A stretch of 63,106 bases of DNA, the filler included, from Octopus bimaculoides (Eukaryota), in NCBI RefSeq assembly GCF_001194135.2. It is 5 parts of 5 records of this genome, joined end to end, with 100 filler letters (N's around TTAATTAATTAA, not from the genome) between each part and the next. Parts side by side here need not be neighbours in the genome. Positions count along the whole stretch, not along the records: positions 46,275 to 56,474 come from NC_068981.1; positions 56,575 to 63,106 come from NC_069007.1; 3 more parts are not named here. One strand, 5' to 3'. Positions 53,517 through 63,106 of the stretch are shown here, one piece after another. Within the stretch, counting starts at the first letter, position 1; every line of letters starts with the position of its first letter. The translations under genes were made by a program, and so were the position numbers. The notes under the pieces are model-generated. The model worked only from the letters and a program-made list of their open reading frames with translations, made no database searches and was not told the DNA's origin.

Positions 53517-54006
53517 GGTGGGAGATGCAAAAGCATTGTATCTATTTTCAAAATGGCCACACCATCAATGGAGAGTACTATGCCAACTTGCTGAGGCAGT
53601 TAAGAAAGGCTATCAAGACCAAACGCGCAGGAAAACTTAAGAAAAGGACAATGCTCCGACACACATGTCGTTGGTTTCAGTGGCTGTTGTGTGTGACTGG
53701 CTTTGAACTGGTTGATCACCCTCCCTGTTCTCCTTATTCGGGCCAATGTGATTATAATCTATTCCCCAACATGAAAAAATACTTGGCTGGGAACCAGCAT
53801 CGCAGTGATGATGACGCCATATCAACTGTTGATGACATTTTTGAGCAACAGGATGGAAGCTTCTTCACTAATGGGATTGAAGCACTGCAACACCGATGAA
53901 AGAAGTATATGGACCGCAAGGGGGAGTTCGATGAAAAATAAACCTCATTTGGTCAGATTCCAAAAGAGTATCTTGGTCAGCTTATAAACTTTTCAACCGA
54001 CCATCA
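52985..54006 (+). mobile_element. Mariner-family transposon relic, copy 1
   Basis: Remnants TINGEYYANLLRQLRKAIKTKR, ELVDHPPCSP..DYNLFPNMKKYLAG and FFTNGIEALQHR; right TIR aaacttttcaaccgaccatca-ta. Confidence 0.85.
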
Positions 54007-54224
54007 TATATAGAGAAAATCGGTCCTCGCGATGAGTGGAAGACTGATTATTATAAACAAACAAATGAATTAATACATGTGCGCCTTAAAATAATGAAAT
54101 TTGGATATGTAATACTCTATGTTAATTTAAAGGTATAAAGGGTATCATTTAATTTATTTATAAAGATTTTATCAGTTGAAAGGTCAAATGTGCAGAGTGT
54201 ATGCAAGCAAGTTCCTCTGCTGAA

Positions 54225-56200
54225 CTTACAACTTGCTGGACATTAAAGGGTCCTATAAGCAGAAGGCCGTCATGTTGTCTATGGAGTTGGCTGTGGATCA
54301 AGAGGTGGGAGCTTTAGAAAAGGTAATGCTAACTGGGGTAGTGCTAACTGAGTACAAACTGGGACTTGACTACTCCAGGCTGAAGCAGAGACTCAAAGCA
54401 CCTGATGGTTCTAGAAAACATCACTGATGATGTGTGAAAGTGCATCACAGGATAATGTATGAGAATATGGGAAAACTTTAACCTGGAATGACCAGTGGCC
54501 ACTAGGAACAGACTGGGTGTCTACATAAAATAAAGTGGTGATAGCTGAGGGACAACCAGAATGATGGCAAACGGAACAGTGAAGGTTGGCAGTTCCAGTT
54601 GCATCTTTTATATGTACAAACACAACACACGGAACAAACTACAGATAAATCTAAGGAGAGGTATCCACAGGGATTCTCGTGAGAGTGGAGAATGAAAATG
54701 CAAATTGGACCGATCAACTGATAACGACAATGGCAATAGAAAATCATCAATGGATTCGGATAAGGTGAACAAGAAATGCTCATAAGTGTTCCTGCTAGTG
54801 ATTTAACAGAGGGGCAAGGTTGCTCAGAGGTATAGTGGAAGGGGATGTGGATTTCAAAGGCGAAAGAGCCAAAGACCGTCGATCAGTTTAGAATAATCTC
54901 GCTAATGAATGCTAAGGGGAAAGTATTTTTCAGCATTGTTGCTTGGCACCTGACAGCCGACCTCACGAGAAATGCCTACGTTGCCATCTCAGTTCAGAAA
55001 AGAGATATCCCTCAAGATATGTAGAGCGATAGGTATATCCACTCAGTTGATCAGTGAAGTCTGAAAGAACAAAGGAGACTTGGTAGTGTTGTGGCTAGGT
55101 CTTGCAAATGCCTATGGGTCTATAGCTCATATGCAGGTTCAGAGACTTTATTTTGGACTGTTACATCAGCTTCAGTTTGAAAGTCTCTGTTGCTTCTACA
55201 TCAGAGTGACACAAGTTCGAGAAAGCAATATTATTGGTTATATTATTTCAGTGACCCTTTCTATACTTGCAATGAATATGTTGGTAGAATCAGCTGAAAT
55301 ACAGGGCAGAGGTCTGCTCCCCATGACTAGTGTCCTGTAGCTTCCCACTAGAACCTTTTATAGATGACCTAACTATGACAACAACATCAGTCACGTGAAG
55401 TACGAATATTCTAAAGGGCTTTAAGGAATTGATAATGTGGGCTCACATCAGTTTCAAAGCAATCGAGCTCAGATATCTCAAGTTGAAAAAAGAAGCAGAA
55501 CGCGCAGCGGCTTTGGTTTCTCGTTTGATATACCAAACATCACCGAGAAATCAGTGAAGAACTTAAAATGTTCAATCACATCCTGAAACACAAAGCATCC
55601 CACCGAGCACCAACCCACAATCAGATGTCTGGCTATCCACAATAAATAAGTCAGGGTTACCTGACAAGTTTCAGGCCTGAGTTTAACATCATGGTATCCT
55701 CCCACAGATTTATTGGCCATTTTTAGTATATGAGGTCCTAATATTCACAGCAGAGGTCTTTGAGAAGAGGTTCATGATGTTCCTACAGATATTACTGGGA
55801 TTTCCTCATGTGCCTGAGGAGTATCTCTCTACATGGACAGAATAACATACATGGGAGGTGCTGCAATGCTAAGACTCCAGGAGGTGTGACTATCGTCTGA
55901 GGAGGATCAAGTCAACAAGTATTGGGATACAACACCAGGGAGCCTGGTCAGCCTGAACTTTTGGACCTCCTACCGTGCCTATGTAACTTGTACTACTAGA
56001 GGAAAGTAGAGTCACCAGCTTCTCCTCAGTATTGGAGAAAAGGAGCTCATCCTCAGCTACTGTTCAAAAGCCTTGGGAAATGAACAAGACTGCTGGAGAC
56101 ATGACCGGGTCCTGAAGGCAATAACAGATACTATCGACAATGGATTTAATCATTGCAAGGAACTCCGACCAACAAGAATGAAGGGTTTTTAAACGCTGGT
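54225..56200 (+). mobile_element. Degraded RLE-type LINE, HERO-like
   Basis: Remnants GKVFFSIVA, WLGLANAYGSIAH, IISVTLSILAMNMLVESAE, DDLTMTTTSV and ILSYCSKALG..WRHDRVLKAI (zinc knuckle / RHD). Confidence 0.72.
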
Positions 56201-56629
56201 GTGAACATGACGCTAGCTGTCAGATCGTTCTCTACAGGTTTAAAATCTTCAACTTCAAGGCCATCCCATCCGTCCGTCTTGGTTTGAATTTTGTAGCAGC
56301 TGGTAGATTCCTGTTGCTTACTGCCAGTGAACTAACGGAGACAACACTTGAGTATCACCCGAGGAAACACAACTGATCTCATTATGCAAACAAACAGTTG
56401 CATAATCAAAAATAACTATCCAACCGTACTTCTTGTTGACCAATTTCTCCAATATATATATATATATATATATANNNNNNNNNNNNNNNNNNNNNNNNNN
56501 NNNNNNNNNNNNNNNNNNTTAATTAATTAANNNNNNNNNNNNNNNNNNNNNNNNNNNNNNNNNNNNNNNNNNNNGAAAAGACAACAAAAGAAAGAAAAAG
56601 ACCTCGATATTATGTAAATAGAGAAATTT

Positions 56630-56880
56630 ATCTGTAAAAATATGTGACAATTATTTGGTAGCCATGATAAAACTCCGAGTTTTGGATGCCGGGGTGGGAA
56701 CCCACGCCTGTCTTAATAACGGTCAACCACACAGAAAATTCCCTTTGTTTAACGGTCATTTTTCACAGGAATTTTCAATGGCCAGATAACTGAAGAGATG
56801 TTAGTGTGGGTTCCCACCCCAGCATCCGAAACTCAGAGTTTTATCATGGCTACCGAATAAGTGTCACATATTATTTACAG

Positions 56881-56882
<2 letters not shown>
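56630..56882. mobile_element. Short element with ~76-bp inverted arms (56630-56705 / 56806-56882)
   Basis: atctgtaaaaatatgtgac...gggtgggaacccac is the reverse complement of gtgggttcccacccc...gtcacatattatttacagat. Confidence 0.85.
56781..56850 (+). ncRNA. Candidate type I hammerhead ribozyme
   Basis: GCCA-GATAA-CTGAAGA-GATG..CATC-C-GAAAC-TCAGA-GTT^TTATC-A-TGGC. Stem I is 9 bp with one bulge, stem II GATG/CATC, stem III AACTC-A-GAGTT near-palindromic. Confidence 0.65.
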
Positions 56883-56912
<30 letters not shown>

Positions 56913-56941
56913 AAAATTCAGGTCAGTAGCAGAGGTCATAC

Positions 56942-56962
56942 TTGGTTCTCCCACAACATGTT
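56942..56962 (-). CDS. Probable 21-nt micro-exon, phase 1/1, (E)HVVGEP
   Basis: ctttagtcattatag|aacatgttgtgggagaaccaa|gtatga; open in frame with the upstream exons but has no paralogue. Confidence 0.45.
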
Positions 56963-57239
56963 CTATAATGACTAAAGTATCTCTTTAAACTTTTCTTGTC
57001 TCTTGTTGAGGCCATATAAGATGGGTTAATTTCAGTATCATTTGGGAAGTTCCCATCATCTCCATACATATTTATTTAGAATTTTATGGGCATTTCTTAC
57101 AGCCAAACACGCACACCTATAAACACCGATACTTTTAATTATAACAAAAACCATCTTTTTTGCAAGCTGAAACACCTGTCACAGAATAACTAATTGTTTT
57201 TAGTAATTCTTTCGTTAATAAAGCAAAAAATATATTTAC

Positions 57240-57275
57240 CTGTTGAAGAAATAGATGTTCCAGATACTATGGGCC
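57240..57275 (-). CDS. 36-nt micro-exon, phase 1/1, (G)PIVSGTSISST
   Basis: acttttttgcag|ggcccatagtatctggaacatctatttcttcaacag|gtaaat; paralogous to 61385-61420. Confidence 0.8.
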
Positions 57276-57513
57276 CTGCAAAAAAGTATAGATATTTTTG
57301 TATTATAAATTCCTATATTCTTTAAAACTGATACAAATATTTAATCTGTCATATGCTTACTTTTAAATATCATTGGGATTAAATAGATAAAAGAGATTAC
57401 AAAAACAGTTTTGATATTTATTTTTGCATAATATACGTTGTTTTCCCTCAGATATTTAAATTAAAACTTTCAGGTTAAGGGGGGCTTAAACAGTATCCAT
57501 TGATTTGTTAGAT

Positions 57514-58195
57514 CCAGGGGAGGGCTGGAAAAAAGTTCAATGGTTGGCTATGAAGGAGAGATGCTAGAGCTGTAAAATCTTGCTTGCACTAATTCCTTCT
57601 TCATTAAGAATTGCATTGTTTCCTTCAGGTAAAGTGATATCTGATAGTTCAGAGATTTCAAAAGCAACTAGTGGCGACTTCTCTTGAAAAATGGATAAAA
57701 TTTGGCATCGTGCCTGTTATGAAGTCCCTGCAGGAAAAGGGATTAGTTCCCAATGACATTCATGCTGACATAGTTGCAAAATAAGGGAAGACACTCAAGT
57801 TTTATCGATAGTGCAAAATTTGGAGCTGAATTTAGAATGGGAAGGGTGAGTCTTGAAGACGACTCAATGTCTGAATGTCCCACAACTCCTATCACTGAGG
57901 AAAGCACTAATTGTGTCCAGCACATTGTGATGGATGACAGATGACTGACTATAAATCAAATGGCCAATGATATTAGCATATCCCATGAGAGAGTTGGGAA
58001 TATTCTGCACAATGAAATTGGCATGATGCAAATTTCTGCTCTGTGGGTTCCATGTCTTCTGACACCTGATCAAAAGTGCACCAAACTGATCACATCACAG
58101 AAAAAGCTGACATTGTTTGAGGTAGATCCAGCTGGTTTCCTTGAACGTTTCCTAAGCCAGGATAGGTGTTGGCTCCATCACCTTGAACCAGAGAT

Positions 58196-58234
<39 letters not shown>

Positions 58235-58700
58235 AAAAGAGAGAGAATCCATGCAGTGGAAACGTCCCTCCTTTGCTCCAAAGAAGGCCAAGTTTGCTTC
58301 ATCCGTAGGGAAGCTGAAGACCTCAGTTTATAAGGATGCAAAAGGCATTGTGCTTTTTGACTATGTTCAGAAGGGCCACACCATCAATGGAGAGTACTAT
58401 GCCAACTTACTGAGACAGTTATGAAAGGTTATCAAGTCCAAACACCCAAAAAAACTGACGGAAAGGGTTTTGTTTCATCAGATACAAGTCTTAGGTTTCA
58501 ATGACTGCTATGCATGACTGGTTTTGAACTGGTTGATTACCCTCCTTATTCTCTTGATTTGGTCCCCTTCTGCCTATCACCTGTTCCCCAAAACAAAAAA
58601 CACCCGGCTAGGAAACAGTATCTCAGTGATGATGATGTTATATCTGCTGTTGAGGACTTTTTTGACAATGGGATGAAAGCTTTTTCACCAACAGGATCCA
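57514..58700 (+). mobile_element. Mariner-family transposon relic, copy 2, with internal (GATA)n
   Basis: Same family as 52985-54006; ISISHERVGNILHNE, WVP.LLT.DQK and GHTINGEYYANLLRQL remnants. Confidence 0.85.
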
Positions 58701-58838
58701 AGTACTGCTACACTATTGTTTCTTTTAGATTGTATCAACCTAACTGAAACTAACCCCAAACTGATAAATTATGTTCTGTGACAGACAAGGTAAACATAGA
58801 CACTTAGTGTGGAATTGTTTAGTATTAAATTTACAAAC

Positions 58839-58874
58839 CTGCTGAAGAAACTGTTGGAGTAGCTATGCTTGCAG
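58839..58874 (-). CDS. 36-nt micro-exon, phase 1/1, (A)ASIATPTVSSA
   Basis: atttctcttttgcag|ctgcaagcatagctactccaacagtttcttcagcag|gtttgt; same TCTTCAGCAG end as 62356-62391. Confidence 0.8.
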
Positions 58875-58937
58875 CTGCAAAAGAGAAATAATTAATTTGC
58901 ATTAAAAGAGTTTTACACAGTTAATAATTACTTAAAT

Positions 58938-59199
58938 TAAAATAAAATAAATGTGCCCTTTTAAAGCCTAGCCAGGCTCATGGGCCCGGTTTCCCGGTTT
59001 CTATGGCGTATGTGTTCCCCACCTGGATGGGACGCCAGTATGTCGCAGGGTTGCTTATTTTTGCCAGCTGAGTGGACTGGAGCAACGTGAAATGAAGTGC
59101 TTTGCTCAAGAACACAGCGCGTCGCCCGGTCCAGGAATCGAAACCACAATCTTACGATCATGATGCTGACACCCTAACCACTAAGCCATGTGCCTCCAC
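58938..59199 (-). mobile_element. SINE family D, full length, with 12-bp target-site duplication
   Basis: aattacttaaat at 58926-58937 and 59200-59211, a (TAAAA)n tail and a tRNA-like head. Confidence 0.92.
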
Positions 59200-59831
59200 A
59201 ATTACTTAAATATTCACTATATAATTATGTAGACATTTATTATTAGAAAAGATTTTATTAAATAATATGGTATTCATAAAATATATTATACATGATAAAT
59301 CAATATTTCTAGTGAATATTTGTATTTTTTAAAAATTAATGTTTAAACAATCCAATTTTATTATATATCACAGAACCATTATTATTCATGATATTTTCAA
59401 TGATGAATATTAGTACTCTGAAGGTATGAAATGTTTAAATATAATCTTTTTGCAACTGGTATGATATGTGTCTCTATAACACATCTACAACGATATCTTT
59501 GATTAAAACTTTCACTGTCACACTGTCCTTTGTACTGTAATCTTAAGAATTCCTACTTTATTGAAATAACAATACATGTAGCATGTCTTCGAAAATACAA
59601 TCGTCCATCACACATTCATTCAGTATTTTAGGAATGTATTATTCTACATATTTTATACAAATGTCGTGATTCTTCCATTTTATTCTACAATTTTTGTACA
59701 TCATCATCATCATCATCTATGCATCTTCTATACAAGACTTATTAAAAAAAAGAACTCAAATTATATTTAAAATCAATACATATAGTTAGAATATTAAGAC
59801 ATTTTGTTTGTTGATATTAAAATTTCCATAC

Positions 59832-59861
59832 CAGTTTCAGGACCTTTTGAACCAGTTATCC
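59832..59861 (-). CDS. 30-nt micro-exon, phase 1/1, (G)ITGSKGPET
   Basis: ttctttgattacag|ggataactggttcaaaaggtcctgaaactg|gtatgg. Confidence 0.75.
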
Positions 59862-60566
59862 CTGTAATCAAAGAATAAATATCCATTTACTTTCTATTAT
59901 ACAACACTTAAAATCAGTATGTGTTACAAAAACAAATTACTCTATTGTGTACATATTTGTGCAAATGTGGAAAATAATATTGCATATTGAAAGTAAAAAT
60001 ATCTTGATCTTTTGACATATGAACAGAACATTGGAATCACAGGAAGGTTCTCAGATCCATCTTGAGCATGATCTAAAGACACACCCACTCATATGCATGC
60101 ATGCATGCGCACACACACGTGCACATACACATGCACATATACACATGCACATACACACACACAAGTGTGTGTGAGTATATTTTATCTTTGAATTTGTTTC
60201 ACAAGATTCATGATGTGAAATAGAATGTTTAATCAGATGGTGTTGGATCTCGTTAGGGTCATTTCACAATATAGAAGCGTGTGTACTGACCCTACTTCAT
60301 TTCCTTTTTTGTTATTATTTGTCAACTACTGTAGACATAAATTGGTTAAAATCCTGCTCAAAGAATTCAAAGGATCCTGATATGATGAGCATTTTGTCTT
60401 CACAGATGAATTCAACATAAAGGAAATGAAAAGAACCAAGGTATAAACCAAGATTTCACCACTACTCTCATGTTGTAGAATATGGTCAATTGTAGTTATA
60501 ATCAGTATATATATATAGATTTAGAATATAAAGACATTTCATATATTGATAATAAAACTTACATAC

Positions 60567-60596
60567 CAGTGTGAGGGCGTATAGGACCAGTTACCT
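60567..60596 (-). CDS. 30-nt micro-exon, phase 1/1, (E)VTGPIRPHT
   Basis: tgctttgattacag|aggtaactggtcctatacgccctcacactg|gtatgt; duplicate of 59832-59861 including the upstream intron. Confidence 0.75.
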
Positions 60597-60997
60597 CTGT
60601 AATCAAAGCATAAATATCCATTTACTTCCAATCACATAACATCTATGCTGTGTTAGAAAAACAAATTACCATCTAATGGAAATATTTCAGTAAATGTAGA
60701 AAATTATACTGAATGCTTAAAACTAAAAACATATCTGTTTAAATGTAATAGTGAATGTATAATGAATGAATTAACTGCTGACATATTCAAAGTTTAAATG
60801 ATATTAGTCATTATATGTAATATGCTGAGTAAGAAAAGACAAACTAACCTATAGTCATCTTATGAGCAATGCATATATTTCTTGATTGTCCATGTTATCT
60901 ATTACATTAGAGTTTTGCTTTCAATTCCTCTATCTGAAAGTATCATCTTATTGTATAAATATGTATGCTACATGGTAGTCAAATGTGGGCATCAATG

Positions 60998-61337
60998 CAG
61001 TATTCAACTGGTACTGATTTTATCGACCCCAGCGAAATTTGAACTCAGAACATACCAATGGGCGAAATACCATTAAGCATTTTGTCCAGCATGCTAACGA
61101 TTCTTATTTCTTTATTGCTCACAAGGGACTACACATAGAGGGAACAAACAAGGACAGATAAACGGATTAAGTTGATTATATCGACCCCAGTGTGTAACTG
61201 GTACTTATTTAATCAACCCTGAAAGGATGAAAAGCAAAGTTGATCTCGGCAGAATTTGAACTCAGAACGTAACGGCAGACGAAATACCACTAAGCATTTC
61301 ACCCGGTGTGCTAACGATTCTGCCAGCTCACTGCCTT
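60998..61337 (-). mobile_element. Two adjacent SINE family B copies (about 60998-61100 and 61101-61337)
   Basis: Repeated gaactcagaac..gaaatacc..taagcattt..gctaacgattc blocks. Confidence 0.85.
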
Positions 61338-61384
61338 AAATACTTCCATTATAATAACTAAACAAACAGTAGAATTGTACTTGC

Positions 61385-61420
61385 CTGATAGAGTAACAGC
61401 GGTTCCAGATATATTTGGTG
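61385..61420 (-). CDS. 36-nt micro-exon, phase 1/1, (A)PNISGTAVTLS, with a GC donor
   Basis: ccattttgttgcag|caccaaatatatctggaaccgctgttactctatcag|gcaagt; encodes an N-I-S sequon. Confidence 0.7.
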
Positions 61421-61947
61421 CTGCAACAAAATGGCAATTTATTTGTATTATATATCATTTTTGTATCGTTAATAGCTAATATAGTTCTTCAATATATAGC
61501 ATGTATATACTTTAATCTTGGAGAAGATTTGATTAATAAATAATAANNNNNNNNNNNNNNNNNNNNNNNNNNNNNNNNNNNNNNNNNNNNNNNNNNNNNN
61601 NNNNNNNNNNNNNNNNNNNNNNNNNNNNNNNNNNNNNNNNNNNNNNNNNNNNNNNNNNNNNNNNNNNNNNNNNNNNNNNNNNNNNNNNNNNNNNNNNNNN
61701 NNNNNNNNNNNNNNNNNNNNNNNNNNNNNNNNNNNNNNNNNNNNNNNNNNNNNNNNNNNNNNNNNNNNNNNNNNNNNNNNNNNNNNNNNNNNNNNNNNNN
61801 NNNNNNNNNNNNNNNNNNNNNNNNNNNNNNNNNNNNNNNNNNNNNNNNNNNNNNNNNNNNNNNNNNNNNNNNNNNNNNNNNNNNNNNNNNNNNNNNNNNN
61901 NNNNNNNNNNNNNNNNNNNNNNNNNNNNNNNNNNNNNNNNNNNNNNN

Positions 61948-62283
61948 CGATCAACGGAACAGCCTGCTCGTGAAATTAACGTGCAAGTGGCTGAGCACTC
62001 CACAGACACGTGTACCCTTAACGTAGTTCTCGGGGATATTCAGCGTGACACAGTGTGACAAGGCTGGCCCTTTGAATTACAGGCACAACAGAAACCGGAA
62101 GTAAGAGTGAGAGAAAGTTGTGGTGAAAGAGTACAGCAGGGTTCGCCACCATCCCCTGTCGGAGCCTCGTGGAGCTTTAGGTATTTTCGCTCAATAAACA
62201 CTCACAACGCCCGGTCTGGGAATCAAAACCGCGATCGTATGACCGCGAATCCGCTGCCCTAACCACTGGGCCATTGCGCCTCC
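61948..62283 (-). mobile_element. SINE family C (young)
   Basis: Near-identical to 23610-23910. Confidence 0.9.
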
Positions 62284-62355
62284 ACTATGACAGAATAGAT
62301 AAATATAAATAGTGAAGACTTTCATTATAATAATTGTAGGGTTAAATTTACTTAC

Positions 62356-62391
62356 CTGCTGAAGACACAGATGGCTTAATCTCTTTTGTAG
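62356..62391 (-). CDS. 36-nt micro-exon, phase 1/1, (A)TKEIKPSVSSA
   Basis: gcttccccttttcag|ctacaaaagagattaagccatctgtgtcttcagcag|gtaagt. Confidence 0.82.
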
Positions 62392-62885
62392 CTGAAAAGG
62401 GGGAAGCAAACCATTTTATTATAAACTGATTTACACTGCTAACATTTATAGAAAACTTCAATGCTTTAGATTTACACTTTAATTCTTATATAAGATTTAA
62501 TTAACCAAACAGTAAGGGTTTAGTGAAAGAATAACATCTCAGTTTTTCCAGCAAATGACAATTTCAGGTTTTCTTTTAGTGGTAATGCTGTTTGTCAGAG
62601 AGCTATTATAATAATATTATTATTATAATAATATTAATATTCATGATATTGTCATTGATATGTAAGTTCAATATTAGAGTATTAGAATACATGAAAATGT
62701 TCACCAGGTTACAGAAAAATTTCATTTTGTCATCAGTCATGATATAATTCTTGATGGAAAAATATTAAAAAGAAAAAGGTGTACCTTTTTATAAGCTGGC
62801 CACAAATATCAAAAGATTCATTGTACATTAAGCTAAACCTTTTGTGTATATAGCTATATATATATAGCTATATATATAGCTATAT

Positions 62886-63106
62886 CAGGTTATGAAAGTT
62901 ACAGAGAGGGTCATAGCCCAACTAATTAGGGAGCGAATCAATTTAGATGAGATGCAGTTTGGGTTCGTGCCAGGTAAAAGCACTACTGATGCCTTATTTC
63001 TAGTGAGACAGTTGCAGGAGAAATACCTAGTTAGGATAAACCTCTGTACCTGGCTTTCGTTGACATGGAGAAAGCCTTTGACAGGGTCCCCCGATCCCTT
63101 ATCTGG
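62886..63106 (+). mobile_element. Young 5'-truncated RTE LINE, RT region (runs off the window)
   Basis: QVMKVTERVIAQLIRERINLDEMQFGFVPGKSTTDALFLVRQLQEKYL, one frameshift, then DKPLYLAFVDMEKAFDRVPRSLIW. Confidence 0.92.

Noticed and set aside
62705-62749. Minus-strand 45-nt exon with MTDDKMKFFCNL as a possible start of the micro-exon gene
   Set aside because: It ends in phase 0 and cannot join the phase-1 exon at 62391; no bridging exon was found and the donor is only moderate.
1-63106. CRISPR arrays, operons, intact tRNA genes
   Set aside because: This is eukaryotic repeat DNA; there is no repeat-spacer array, and the tRNA-like segments are SINE heads.

Overview
AT-rich, repeat-saturated animal genomic DNA from a draft scaffold with many N gaps, four of them 100-bp placeholders containing TTAATTAATTAA. 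The SINE and repeat families look like octopus (inferred from memory, not database-checked). Most of the window is microsatellites, about four tRNA-type SINE families, decayed non-LTR fragments (RTE, R4/Dong-like, HERO-like), one Tc1 and two mariner relics, a solo-LTR-like element, a degraded Penelope-like element (RT + GIY-YIG) and a 5S rRNA pseudogene. Nearly all ORFs in the supplied track are microsatellite or gap artefacts. Two signals stand out, and the ORF track shows neither. (1) A minus-strand host gene at about 56.9-62.4 kb built from symmetric phase-1 micro-exons (36, 36, 30, 30, 36, 36 and probably 21 nt). It encodes a Ser/Thr/Pro-rich peptide and shows exon duplication and one GC-AG intron, a micro-exon-gene-like architecture. 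(2) At least five sequence-distinct type I hammerhead-ribozyme candidates (seven motif copies) tied to Penelope-like or inverted-repeat elements, including a CUGUUGA core variant and one with a very long stem II. All folds and splice calls were made by eye and need computational and experimental checks.
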